The notes below the pieces were generated by a model. The model was given only the letters and a program-made list of their open reading frames with translations, made no database searches and had not been told where the DNA came from. DNA of 64,000 nt, taken from positions 6,488 to 70,487 of the forward strand of contig JANQJW010000103.1 of assembly GCA_028281445.1 (NCBI GenBank). The letters are read 5' to 3'. A program made the position numbers and the translations under genes. Position 1 is the first letter of the stretch. Each line of letters starts with the position of its first letter. Below are positions 1-9,536 of the stretch, in pieces. Source of the stretch: Planctomycetota bacterium (GTDB lineage: Bacteria; Planctomycetota; PLA2; JAEUHO01).

Positions 1-252
1 GCGTGTAGTGCGCCGAGATCACCAGCACCGCGGTCGGCTTGGCCTGCGACGTCGCCCATGCGCTCCACTCGGCGCAGCGCCCCTTGTGCAGTGCGCTCAT
101 CGGGGAGCCGTGACTCACGTAGCCGACGGGCATCGTCGCCTTGGTCTTGCTCGGCGCCTCGGCATGTGCACGCGGCTGCGGGAGGGCCGCGAGGGCCGCG
201 GCCGCCGCCCCACCGGCCAGCACGCGGCGGCGCGTCAGGTGCTACTTCTTCA
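1..252 (-). CDS. Partial (3' end outside the window) class III extradiol dioxygenase of the LigB/DODA (YgiD-like) family with a twin-arginine signal peptide. The frame starting at ATG 252 has an in-frame TAG at 241-243, and CTG at 238-240 is an alternative start.
   Basis: Minus-strand translation from 252 leftwards reads MKK*HLTRRRVLAGGAAAAALAALPQPRAHAEAPSKTKATMPVGYVSHGSPMSALHKG...TAVLVISAHYT. The RRR motif plus hydrophobic stretch plus AHA is a Tat signal. GYVSHGSPM and ISAH(W/Y) are hallmark motifs of YgiD/DODA dioxygenases. GC3 is high. The ORF runs off the window edge, so it is absent from the ORF track. Confidence 0.4.
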
Positions 253-438
253 TGATTGCGGCAGCCTATCACGCTGTGCGCCGCGGCCGCCCCATCTGGT
301 CGTCGTGCCACCAGGTTGCCGGTCGCGCAGTCCTGCGTACCCGGCTCGGTGTGATCGGCTCGCAGCGACGCTCGATTCGATGATGCTCTCCGGACTGGCC
401 CTTTCGGGGGCGCGTGTTCGGATCCATACTCTGACCGC

Positions 439-1653
439 ATGATGGCAACGATCGTCGGCGCGGGCATCTGGGAGGCGGTCTCGGCGCTCGTAGCTGTGCT
501 CGGCGCATTGTTCGCGGGGTACAAGTACTTCGCGCACCGCGAACGCATGTCGGCCGTTCGCACCGCATTTCGGGAAGTCGTTGACTCCCTTGGCGCCGAC
601 GACGACGTCCATCGTCGCGCGGGCGCCATCATGCTGCGTCGCTTCTTCGATGCAAAGACGGAGCAGGGAGGAAGCGGGACCCCGTACGCGGGGGAAGCCT
701 TGAACGTGCTCGCAGCCACGCTACGCAACATCGAGACGGGCAGCTTGCAGAAGCTACTGGCTGACGGACTGGCGTATGCCCCGACACTGCGTTCGGCCGA
801 CTTGCAGAAGACCAATCTCCAAGGTGCCTATCTCGGACGCCGTGGCGACCACTGTGTAGACCTGTCCGGAGCAGACTTCTATAGGGCAGATCTCACAGGG
901 GCCTCGCTGAAAGAAGCGACCGCACAGCGGGCTGTCTTCTACCAGGCGCGTCTGGCCAAGACGGTCATGCGTGGCGCTGATCTCACTGGAGCAAACTTCT
1001 ACGAGGCAGACCTCCTGGGGGCCAACTTCACGGGCGCGAAACTCGAAGGCGCAAGCTTCTCGCGGGCGCGGAACATCCCTGAATCGATCCGCTCCCACCT
1101 GGATGAACGCGGCACGTACGGCGTTTCCGCAAGTGAGCGAGCTCCAGAGCCTGCAGAACCGCCTGCCGTGTTCCTCAGTCGGCCCGGCGCCGCCAGCATG
1201 GATGTCCGCACGTTGGTTCGTGCGCTGAAAGATCGTCTGAAGAGTGAAGGATTCCATGTGCGCGAGATCGAACCCGTCGACTACGCAACCACCGGCGCCG
1301 TTGCCGAGGTGCGCCGGGTAATGGCGGACTGCGCCGGAATCGTCGTCGTCGCGGTGCCGGATCTCGCGATCCGTGATGCCCAGTGGCGCACGGCTACTCC
1401 TCAAGCACGCGACATCCAGGATGTCGGCCTCTGCTCCCCCTGGACGAGCCTCGAGTTAGGAGTCGGAACGGGACTGGGGCTGCCTGTCCTTCTGGCCGTC
1501 GCTGCAGGCGTGAGTACCGAGATCTTCGACTACAGCACGCACGAACCGGAGTTCTACCAGATCCCCCTCACTGAAGATCATCGTTCGCGGGCCTTCCGCG
1601 AGTGCTTCGACGATTGGTGCGGCTCCGTGCGCGAGAAGCACCGGGAGGCTTGA
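439..1653 (+). CDS. membrane-anchored pentapeptide-repeat protein with a C-terminal TIR-like (flavodoxin-fold) domain
   Basis: The 404 aa ORF has an N-terminal TM helix (GAGIWEAVSALVAVLGALFAGY). A central run of A(D/N)LxG pentapeptide repeats follows (ADLQKTNLQGAYL...ADLTGASL...ADLTGANFYEADLLGANFTGAKLEGASF). The C-terminal ~150 aa begin VFLSRPGAASMDVRTLVRALKDRLKSEGFHV...IVVVAVPDLAIRDAQW...SPWTSLELGVGTG, which matches the TIR/DUF1863 betaA-alphaA-betaB pattern. Confidence 0.7.
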   Translation: MMATIVGAGIWEAVSALVAVLGALFAGYKYFAHRERMSAVRTAFREVVDSLGADDDVHRRAGAIMLRRFFDAKTEQGGSGTPYAGEALNVLAATLRNIETGSLQKLLADGLAYAPTLRSADLQKTNLQGAYLGRRGDHCVDLSGADFYRADLTGASLKEATAQRAVFYQARLAKTVMRGADLTGANFYEADLLGANFTGAKLEGASFSRARNIPESIRSHLDERGTYGVSASERAPEPAEPPAVFLSRPGAASMDVRTLVRALKDRLKSEGFHVREIEPVDYATTGAVAEVRRVMADCAGIVVVAVPDLAIRDAQWRTATPQARDIQDVGLCSPWTSLELGVGTGLGLPVLLAVAAGVSTEIFDYSTHEPEFYQIPLTEDHRSRAFRECFDDWCGSVREKHREA

Positions 1654-1706
1654 CCGCGACTCGCGATGAAACGCCTGGCGCTGCTTGTTGCCGCTGCGAC
1701 GGTGAA

Positions 1707-4685
1707 TCAGCCGCAGCCCTTGCCATCCGAGGAGGCGCCCTTCTTCGGCTCGCTCACCTTGACCTCGTCGGTGACCAGCTCGAGCTTCCAGTCCTCGATC
1801 GCCGTGCCGTCCGTCTTGAGGTGCGACGTCAAGTAATAGAGCCGGCGGCGAGCCTCGCCCGTGGGACCCGCCGGTACGTTCGTGAAACGATCCTTGAGGT
1901 AGTACGGCGCCCAGGCCTGCGAGTAGAGCGTTGCGCGAATGCGCAGCTTCTTGCAGTCATAGCAGTCCGGCAGCATGATGCGGTACTTGACCACATCCGT
2001 ACCGCTGCCGTCCGCGTACTGGGGATCGCCGTCGGTGTCGTGACCGGGCCACGTCGCCTTGAGGAAGGCGGCGGGCAGCTTGTACCCTTCGGGCCCGTCG
2101 CGAGACCATCCCGCCGGCAGCAGGCGATTGTCTTTCACGTGGTGCGCGCGGTGGATGAAGCTCGTCGTGAAGCGGTGCTTGGTGTCGTGCGCAAGCTCCT
2201 CGTAGATCTGGACCTGCCCCTCGTTGGTGATGACCTGGTGGTGCTTCTGGTAGTGCTGCGACGGCTTGCCGTCCTTCACGTAGTCGTTGAAGAACTCCGA
2301 AGGCAGGATGCGGCCGTCGCCGTCCACGATCACGCCGACGCCGTTCGTACGCCCCGAGCCCCAGATGACGCGCTCGGGACCGTTGCTGTCGTCGATGACG
2401 AGAAGCTCGATCCACACCCGGCGGAAGCCGACGCCGCTCGGAAGGCGGTGGCCCGTGAGGTTGGTCACCTTGACGTCGACGTCTAGGGTCCGGCCTTCGA
2501 CCTTGGGCGGTGAGACCTCGATGCGTGCGGTGTTCTCGCGCGCGTTCTGCACGTAGTTCTCGATCGCGAACGGAATGCCGCTCACGCCGGTCTCGAAGTC
2601 GTAGCGACGCACGCCCAGCACGTCGTGGAACTGGTTGAAGACCTCCGCCAGGAACACGTTCAAGCCCTGAAACGTGTGCCGGCGATAGCCCTTCTCCTTG
2701 ATCGTGACCGTCATGTCCTTCAGCGCGATGCGGTGATCCGCCTCGGGGTAGTCCTGATCCTCGATAGTCGCGATCTTGGTGCGGATCGGGTGGATCTTCA
2801 CGCTGCCGTCGGGCGAGCGGTAGTGATCCGGCATGTGGCAGTCCTGGCAACTGCGCGCGTCCTTGCCGGGGGTCCACTCGTCCTGGAACTTGCTGTTGAC
2901 CCACTCCAGGTACGTCGCCTGCTCGATGCGGTGCAAAAAGCCCTTGAAGTGCGGGTTCTTCACGGACGCGAGGAGCTGGTCGATCTCCTCCTTCGGCATC
3001 GGCTCGTGGAAGATGTCCTTGGGCAGGTTATCGAGCGGCGCGTCCACCACCGGCAGGTTGATGATGTGGCAGCTCGCGCACAGGCGCGACTTGGAGATGA
3101 AGGGGCTGTACTTGGGCTTCATCGCCAACGCCTGCTCCATGGGCTTGGCGACGATGTGCTCGTCCTCGAACGGCCCGTAGAGCTCGTTCGCGGGCCCGAG
3201 CGTGAACTGGCCCGTGATCTCGTTGGCCAGGAACGTGTTGAAGTCCTTGTTCTTCTCGACCATGCGATGGCAGATCGCGCAGCTGATGCCGTCGCGCGCA
3301 AGCGCCCCGTACTTGAAGTGCGGGTCCTTCTCGTCGGTGATGTGGTACCACTCGTGCTGGAAGTTGGCCTTCGGGCTCCAGTACTCTTCGCCGACCCCTT
3401 GGTCGTGGTCGTGCTGGCGCTTGCCCATGGCGCCGTGGCAGCGCAGGCACGTGTTGACAAGCTGATCGCTGTAGAACTTGCCCTTCTCCGTGCCGAGATC
3501 GCGCGTGAGCTGATCCACCTCGCTCTCGAGCTGCGCGTGGAAGACGGGGTCGCGACCGGCAAGGCCCATGGGCGACCAACGCCACTCGCCGTACGGCGAG
3601 ACGTTCAATCCCCCACGCTTCGTCTCCAGGAACATGATCGGGCCGAACGCGTACTTACTGTTCATCCCGCTGTGGCACATCATGCACTGGTCGGATGTCA
3701 CATGCTTCTGCACGTTCTTCGGGTCGACCGTCACATGGTCGTTGGCTTCCGACGCCAGCTTCTGCACCGCCTCGTAGCAGACCTTGTTCATCTGGTTGAA
3801 GGTGTAGAGGAACTCCGGATTCGGCGCCGACGGACCGGGTTCGCCGGGCGCCGTCAGCTCCGGCATCGCCGGCTTGTGCTTGAACCCGAACGGCTGTAGC
3901 TGCGGTGCAACGTCGCGCCAGGTGTCGTCCACGAAGAAGGCGATCGGGTCGCCGGGAAGCCCCTTGATGTTGCGCATGGCGGCGAACGTGCCGCCCTCTT
4001 CGGCGACCGCGTGGCAACGGACACACGCCATGCCGAAGCCCGCCTCCGGGTAGTGGAGGCTGGTCGGCGTGTCGTAGTGCTGGTCCTTCCACACGCTGGC
4101 CCAGTACCAGCCGTCCGGCGCACCGCCGCTCTCCTTGATCATCACGGTCCAGCCGGGCGATGACGGCGTGAAGAGCGTGGCAGCCAGTGCGTCGTCCGAC
4201 TGGCCGACGTAGCGCGCTGCCGGCGGCGCGAACATCTCTTTCACCATCATGGCGCCGTCGGGCACCTTGCCCTCGCGCGGCTTCTTTCGCCGCGCGTTGC
4301 CCTCGGGCCAGAAGCCCGGGTCGCCCGTCAGCCAGTACATCATCTTCGGCGAGTACCAGATGCGTACGGCGGGGTGGGTTCCGTAGTACTGCCCGCGGAT
4401 GTAGGGCCCGGTGTCGCGCACGCCCTTGTCGACCGCCCACGAGAGCTCCTTGTCGTACGCCCGGCTGAGGATCCACGGGAAGAGCAGCTTCTCGTACTCG
4501 AGCCGCGTCTTCGTGCTCGGTAGCGGGAGCGGATGTTCCCGCGCACCATACCCCGGAACGGACTCGGCCTGAATCGGTGCGGGCGGATGCTCGCGCGCCG
4601 TCACCGCCTGCTTGTCGTCTTCGAGAACGAACCCCAGCATCAGCCACGCCAGCACGGCGCACAGAACGATCAAGGGCCTCGGCAT
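1707..4685 (-). CDS. multiheme c-type cytochrome with six CxxCH motifs, Sec signal peptide and a long heme-free C-terminal region
   Basis: The track ORF 1707..4919 is trimmed to the internal Met MPRPLIVLCAVLAWLMLGFVL (signal peptide; CAT at 4683-4685). The six heme motifs are CVRCH, CMMCH, CLRCH, CAICH, CASCH and CQDCH. The overlapping ORFs 1957..2904, 2625..3899 and 3655..5013 are shadow frames. Confidence 0.85.
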   Translation of the reverse strand: MPRPLIVLCAVLAWLMLGFVLEDDKQAVTAREHPPAPIQAESVPGYGAREHPLPLPSTKTRLEYEKLLFPWILSRAYDKELSWAVDKGVRDTGPYIRGQYYGTHPAVRIWYSPKMMYWLTGDPGFWPEGNARRKKPREGKVPDGAMMVKEMFAPPAARYVGQSDDALAATLFTPSSPGWTVMIKESGGAPDGWYWASVWKDQHYDTPTSLHYPEAGFGMACVRCHAVAEEGGTFAAMRNIKGLPGDPIAFFVDDTWRDVAPQLQPFGFKHKPAMPELTAPGEPGPSAPNPEFLYTFNQMNKVCYEAVQKLASEANDHVTVDPKNVQKHVTSDQCMMCHSGMNSKYAFGPIMFLETKRGGLNVSPYGEWRWSPMGLAGRDPVFHAQLESEVDQLTRDLGTEKGKFYSDQLVNTCLRCHGAMGKRQHDHDQGVGEEYWSPKANFQHEWYHITDEKDPHFKYGALARDGISCAICHRMVEKNKDFNTFLANEITGQFTLGPANELYGPFEDEHIVAKPMEQALAMKPKYSPFISKSRLCASCHIINLPVVDAPLDNLPKDIFHEPMPKEEIDQLLASVKNPHFKGFLHRIEQATYLEWVNSKFQDEWTPGKDARSCQDCHMPDHYRSPDGSVKIHPIRTKIATIEDQDYPEADHRIALKDMTVTIKEKGYRRHTFQGLNVFLAEVFNQFHDVLGVRRYDFETGVSGIPFAIENYVQNARENTARIEVSPPKVEGRTLDVDVKVTNLTGHRLPSGVGFRRVWIELLVIDDSNGPERVIWGSGRTNGVGVIVDGDGRILPSEFFNDYVKDGKPSQHYQKHHQVITNEGQVQIYEELAHDTKHRFTTSFIHRAHHVKDNRLLPAGWSRDGPEGYKLPAAFLKATWPGHDTDGDPQYADGSGTDVVKYRIMLPDCYDCKKLRIRATLYSQAWAPYYLKDRFTNVPAGPTGEARRRLYYLTSHLKTDGTAIEDWKLELVTDEVKVSEPKKGASSDGKGCG

Positions 4686-5160
4686 CGCTCGTCTCCAGGA
4701 CACTGGCGGCCCATGGAATACCACACGCCGGCCGCACGGCCGCGAGTGAACTTGTCGCTTCCCAGGGCGCGCGCTGCGGCGCCCGCCTGTGCTGCATCCA
4801 GTACTTTCCCGTGTCGCGACTGCAACAGCATGACGTCGCAAATCGTCCATCGCCCCTGACGGGTGAGTACGTCGCCGGCACGCTGAGCCACACGAACAGG
4901 ATCTGCACACGCACCACACCGGACGTCACCTTCGTTCGCGCACGCGGCGGGAACCGATTCGCCAGCGACGATGGCACCATCTTCAGTCGCGGACGATGGC
5001 GCTGGACCCGCACGACGGGTCCCGGGCTCGCCCGGTCCTTCCGCTACAGGGGCCGCATCGACTACTTCAAGAAGGGCGAAGGCCGGATCGACTCGGTGGT
5101 GATCGAAGCAGGCTTCAAGTACGACGAGGAAGGCCGGCTGATCTACAGCTACCCCTGAGC

Positions 5161-5724
5161 TCAGGACGCAAGCGCCTTGCGCAGCCACGCGCGCGCGAGG
5201 TACCAGTCGCCCTCGGCCGTGCGCACGCTCACGCCCAGAACCTCCGCGACCTCCGGCATGCTCAAGCCGCCGAAAAAGCGAAGCTCCACGACTCGGGTCT
5301 TGCGCGCGTCCTGCTCCGCGAGCTGCGTGAGCGCTTCGTCGAGCGCAACCAGGTCCAGCTCTCGCTGCTGTAGTTGGTCCAGGGCGATGTCCAACGTCAC
5401 ACGCTCCCAGTCGCTGCCACGCTTCTCCGCGTTCTTGCGGCGCGCGTGATCGACCAGGATCTGCCGCATCGTGCGAGCCGCGATTCCGAAAAAGTGCGTG
5501 CGGTCCTCGGGCGCCGCGCGGTCGAGGTTGCCGAGCTTCAACCATGCCTCGTGAATGAGGGCCGTCGCCTGCAGGGTGTGTCCCGGTCGCTCGCGTGAGA
5601 GCTGCCCGCGCGCGATGCCCCGTAACTGCTCGTAGACGACCGGGAGCAGCTCGTCGCGCGCGTCCTCGTCGCCCGCGCGCACGCGCGCCAGGATCTGCGT
5701 GACGTCGGAAGGAACAGGCGGCAT
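5161..5724 (-). CDS. ECF-type RNA polymerase sigma factor of the kinase-associated class (Sig-70_X6-like)
   Basis: The track ORF 5161..6102 is trimmed to MPPVPSDVTQILARVRAGDEDARDELLPVVYEQLRGIA (CAT at 5722-5724). Sigma region 2 (ALIHEAWLKL) and region 4 (VVELRFFGGLSMPEVAEVLGVSVRTAEGDWYLARAWL) are present. A paralog lies at 55932..56516. Confidence 0.85.
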   Translation of the reverse strand: MPPVPSDVTQILARVRAGDEDARDELLPVVYEQLRGIARGQLSRERPGHTLQATALIHEAWLKLGNLDRAAPEDRTHFFGIAARTMRQILVDHARRKNAEKRGSDWERVTLDIALDQLQQRELDLVALDEALTQLAEQDARKTRVVELRFFGGLSMPEVAEVLGVSVRTAEGDWYLARAWLRKALAS

Positions 5725-5801
5725 CGAGCGCTCCAAGCGGAAGAGCGCCGGGTGTAGCGCACGATGCTGGGCAACGCAAACGCGCTTTCCGCGCGCGGCA
5801 C

Positions 5802-8800
5802 CTACTCGCCTTTCGCTCCGCCGGCCTCGCGGAGGACCGGATCGTGCACCAGCGCAAGAGCGCGCGTCTCGGGCGACATCAGCTCGCAGTAGCGATCGAC
5901 GAGCGCCGCGAACTGATCCCGCGCCTCGGGCGAAGCACGCGCCCGGACGAGGGTGCATGCGGCGTAGAGCTCGTCCCGCGTCGGCATGCGCTCGCGGAAG
6001 CGCTGGAACACGTCCCAAGCCTCGTCCCACCGTTCGGCCTCGCCGCACCGCGCGAGCCCGCAGAGCGCGGCGACCTGCGCGGCGTACTCGTCGGTCTCGC
6101 AAGCCAGCGCGTACGCCCTCTCGAAGTGCTCGCGCGCTGTCTCGTTCTCGCGGGCCCCCAGCGCCAACTCACCTCGCGCCACGCGGATCGGGCAGACCAA
6201 CGACGGCGAGTGCTCCGCATCGGCTTCTGCTTCGCGGAAGTGTGGTCGAGCCGCGTCGAGCTGGCCGCGTGCCTCGGCGATGCGGGCCCGCTGCATCTGC
6301 ACCGCGGCGCGCAGCGCCCCCCCTACCGAATCGCCTCCCGACGCTTCGTCCAGGTACACCGCGGCCCGATCAAAGTCGCCGCGACGCCGGAAGAGGCGCG
6401 CGAGCAAGACGCCGACACTGGCCATGTACTCGCCATCGGTGTTTTCCTTCGCAAGCAGGTAGCCCTGCTCGAGCAGCGCCAGCCCGTCGTCCCAGGCGCC
6501 CGCCTCGGCATGGACCTCCCCCAAGCGGATCAAGCCGCGCATCTCCAGCAGCCGATCGCTGATCTGGCGCGCCAGGTCCAGGCCGCGTGCGAGGTACTCC
6601 TCCGCGCGGTCGTCCTCCCCGATCAGGCGGTACATCTGTCCCAGGGCGAGGATCGACATGCAGCGACCGCGGTCGTCGCTTTGCTCCGCGCAGATCTCGA
6701 TGTGACGACGGAACACGTCCTCGGCTTCCTCGAACCGGCGCAGGTGGGCCAGGAGGCCGCCTATGTTCCCCAGCGCACTGGAGATGCCGTACGGATCCTG
6801 GATTTCCGTTACGCGGCGCTCGTACTTGCGGAACTGCTTCAGCGCCAACGGCCAGTTGCCCTGGCGCGAATACACCATGCCGATGTTGCCGACGCCACTG
6901 GCCTCGCCCCGCGCGTAGCCCGCTTCCTTCGCCGCGACGATGACGCGTTCGAAGCCCTCGATGGCCTCGTCGAGCCGGCCGAGATACATCTGGTGCCAGC
7001 CCCACGCCGTCCAGGCGCGGCCGCGCGCCATGGGTTCGCCCGTCGCTTCGGCGACCGCGATGGCTTCCTCGACGACCCTCTCGATCTCCGCGCGCCGACC
7101 TTGCGGCTCCAAGCAGTCGCGCAAGTGCGACAGCACCTCGACGCGGCGCACGCCGGTGACTTCGTCGTGGTCGGCAAGCAGGCGCCGGAACAAGTTCGTT
7201 CCCACATCCCAGAGATTGCGCTGCCAGATCTGCTCGTACGCGCCGTCGAGGTGATCGAGCGCCGCCGCGTGCCGCGTGCCCAGGGTCAGGTGCTGGCAGA
7301 GCTCCAGTGCGTCGTGCCCCGCAGGCGCGCGATCGCCCAGCCGCGCAAGCAGCACGTCGCCGATCGCCGCGTGATACGCCTCGCGCAGCGGCTCCGACAG
7401 CTGCTCGTAGAGCGTCTCTTGCACCTGATGGTGGTCGAAGACGAACGTCGGACCCGACGCGCGCACCAACCGCTTGACCCGCTCGATCCGTCCCAGTGCC
7501 CGTAGCACGGGAATGAGCTTCTGATCCAAGGCTTGTGCGATCAGCTTGGGCTCGAAGGTGGCGCCCAGGCACGCCGCGACGTCGAGGATCTCGCGCTCTT
7601 CTTCGGACAGGTCGTCGAGGCGCGCGCGAATGACCTCGCGTACCGACGCGGGCACTTCGATCTCGAGAATCGCGCCCGAGGTCGTCCAACTGCCGTCGGC
7701 CGTCGGGACGACCTGGCGCGCTTCCTTGAGCGCACGCACGATCTCGAAGACGAAGAACGGATTGCCGTCGGACTTCTCGGCAATGCGGAAGCCAAGCTGC
7801 TCGGCGAGGCGTCGTGAACCGAACGCGTCGATCAGGAGCTCGGTCAGCTCCTTGGGGCCGAGGCGAGAGAGCTCCAGGACCGTCGAGTGATCGAGCCGTT
7901 CGAGGGCGGAGCGCCATGCCGTGGACACCCCGGGCCGCATCGTCCCCACCAGCAACAACGGCAGGTCTACCGCGGCAGCGGCGAGCGCGGCGAACAGATC
8001 CAGCCCCTCCTGGGAAGCCAGGTGCAGGTCGTCGAGCACGAGAATGGTCGGGTGGTTGGTGCTGATGGACGCGACCGCCGCAACCAACGCAGCCTGCAGG
8101 CCGCCGCCATGGAGCGGCTCGGCATCGGCAGGCGGCGCATCGCCGCGCAGGAACGCGGCAAGCGCCGGCACGAGGGCCGGGGTGTCTGCAAGGATCCGCT
8201 CGAGACGCACCTCGAGGTCTGCGCGCCCGAGGAAGTCGGCCAGTGCAGCGCGTAACGCGTTGGCACCTTGCGACGCGGTACCGATCGGGTGGCTGCCGAA
8301 AAGCAGCTGCGCATCGGGGTGCGCGACACGCAGCTGCGTGGCCGCCTCGTCGATCAGGCGCGTCTTGCCGATCCCCGCCTCCCCTTCGACGAGCAGGACC
8401 TGCCCGCGCCCTTGAGCGGCCGCCTCGAACGCAGACGCAATGCGCGCGAGCTCCCCGTCGCGGCCGTATACCGCCGTGTCGCGTGGAATCCGGATGCGGC
8501 GAAGCGGCCTGCGGGTACGGCGCTCCACGTCGCGCGCACGCTCCCGCCACCAGTCGCTCGCCTCGCCTTCGTCGAGCAGCTCGATCAACGCGGCCGCCGA
8601 GGGAATGCGCTCGTCGCGCGAGGTCTCCAGCAGCGTGTGCACGAGCTCTTCGAAGAACGCCGAGCACTGCGGGTTGACCTCACCGAGCCGGCGGAAGTTG
8701 CCCGCGACCTGCGCGCGCACCGACGACGCGACGTCGCCGGAGGGGACGGGGTGCTGCCCCGTTGCCAGCTCGTAGAGCACGAGCCCGAGGGCATAGAGGT

Positions 8801-9536
8801 CTGCGCGGGCATCGGGTGTCAGCCCCTTCCCGTCGATCTGCTCGGGCGCGCAGTACCGGATCGTCCCGATGAACTGGCCGGTCTGGGACAGACGGGCAAG
8901 GTCGTCCACCGGAAACGCCACGCCGAAGTCCATAACCTTCACCACGTGATCCGGCGTGATGAGCACGTTCTCGGGCTTCAGATCGCGGTGCACGATGCCC
9001 TGCTCACCGATCGCATGCAGGCCGCCCGCCACCTCATGCGCGATGTGGCGGCACAGGTCCTCCGGGACGCGGCCGAGCTCCTGCAGCAGCCGGTCCAGCG
9101 TCTGCCCTTCCACGTACTCCATGACCAACGCGCCGTCATCGGTCACGCCTAGTGTGCGAACCACGTTGTCGTGGATGACGCGGCGGCCAAGCGTCGCCTC
9201 GCGGGTGAACCGTTCGCGGAAGTCGTCGCGCCCGGCCAGATGCGGGTGCAGCACCTTCAGCGCGACCGACCCCTCGGGTCCTTCCGCGAGGTACACGGAT
9301 CCCATGCCCCCGACGCCGAGCAAGGAAGCGATTCGGTACACACCGAGCTGCGAGCCGGGGGGCAGGTCCACCTGGGTGCCGAGGCTCGCATCCGGGCGCT
9401 CGTGCTGGGCGAGCAGCTCCTCGACCTCGTCCCGCACTTCCGGGTCGCCCGCTAGCAAGACCTCCCGTTCGGAGCGCGGTGCCGTGCGCGCCCTCTCGAA
9501 GAGGTCGCAGATCCGCTGCCATCGATCGTCGCTCAC
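5802..9536 (-). CDS. STAND-type Ser/Thr protein kinase with an N-terminal Hanks kinase domain, a central AAA/P-loop NTPase and C-terminal TPR repeats
   Basis: Kinase motifs are GVGGMGSVYLA, VALK, HRDLKPENVL, DFG and APE. A Walker A LLVEGEAGIGKTRL follows, then about 600 aa of TPR-like repeats. The preferred start is GTG at 9534-9536, 8 nt after an AGAGAGG Shine-Dalgarno, giving MSDDRWQRICDLFERA. The track ORF start at 9629 is an alternative. The stop is TAG at 5802-5804. Confidence 0.85.
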   Translation of the reverse strand: MSDDRWQRICDLFERARTAPRSEREVLLAGDPEVRDEVEELLAQHERPDASLGTQVDLPPGSQLGVYRIASLLGVGGMGSVYLAEGPEGSVALKVLHPHLAGRDDFRERFTREATLGRRVIHDNVVRTLGVTDDGALVMEYVEGQTLDRLLQELGRVPEDLCRHIAHEVAGGLHAIGEQGIVHRDLKPENVLITPDHVVKVMDFGVAFPVDDLARLSQTGQFIGTIRYCAPEQIDGKGLTPDARADLYALGLVLYELATGQHPVPSGDVASSVRAQVAGNFRRLGEVNPQCSAFFEELVHTLLETSRDERIPSAAALIELLDEGEASDWWRERARDVERRTRRPLRRIRIPRDTAVYGRDGELARIASAFEAAAQGRGQVLLVEGEAGIGKTRLIDEAATQLRVAHPDAQLLFGSHPIGTASQGANALRAALADFLGRADLEVRLERILADTPALVPALAAFLRGDAPPADAEPLHGGGLQAALVAAVASISTNHPTILVLDDLHLASQEGLDLFAALAAAAVDLPLLLVGTMRPGVSTAWRSALERLDHSTVLELSRLGPKELTELLIDAFGSRRLAEQLGFRIAEKSDGNPFFVFEIVRALKEARQVVPTADGSWTTSGAILEIEVPASVREVIRARLDDLSEEEREILDVAACLGATFEPKLIAQALDQKLIPVLRALGRIERVKRLVRASGPTFVFDHHQVQETLYEQLSEPLREAYHAAIGDVLLARLGDRAPAGHDALELCQHLTLGTRHAAALDHLDGAYEQIWQRNLWDVGTNLFRRLLADHDEVTGVRRVEVLSHLRDCLEPQGRRAEIERVVEEAIAVAEATGEPMARGRAWTAWGWHQMYLGRLDEAIEGFERVIVAAKEAGYARGEASGVGNIGMVYSRQGNWPLALKQFRKYERRVTEIQDPYGISSALGNIGGLLAHLRRFEEAEDVFRRHIEICAEQSDDRGRCMSILALGQMYRLIGEDDRAEEYLARGLDLARQISDRLLEMRGLIRLGEVHAEAGAWDDGLALLEQGYLLAKENTDGEYMASVGVLLARLFRRRGDFDRAAVYLDEASGGDSVGGALRAAVQMQRARIAEARGQLDAARPHFREAEADAEHSPSLVCPIRVARGELALGARENETAREHFERAYALACETDEYAAQVAALCGLARCGEAERWDEAWDVFQRFRERMPTRDELYAACTLVRARASPEARDQFAALVDRYCELMSPETRALALVHDPVLREAGGAKGE

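Noticed and set aside
1957-5013. Long ORFs 1957..2904(-), 2625..3899(+) and 3655..5013(-) overlapping the cytochrome gene
   Set aside because: They are out-of-frame or antisense shadows of the 1707..4685 gene. Their translations are Arg/Gly/Pro-rich low-complexity sequence typical of wrong frames in 70% GC DNA. The in-frame product has six CxxCH motifs and a signal peptide.
4996-5158. GC3-rich short reading frame ending ...IDYFKKGEGRIDSVVIEAGFKYDEEGRLIYSYP in the 475 bp gap between the cytochrome and sigma genes
   Set aside because: The codon pattern looks coding. However there is no in-frame ATG/GTG with a ribosome-binding site in the last 150 nt, and the only upstream Met lies antisense inside the cytochrome gene. 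The evidence is insufficient for a gene call. It could be a remnant.
5844-9152. ORFs 5844..7505(+), 6370..8667(-) and 8268..9152(+) inside the kinase gene
   Set aside because: These are shadow frames of the kinase-AAA-TPR gene (5802..9536). The translations are low-complexity Arg/Ala/Pro strings with no motifs.
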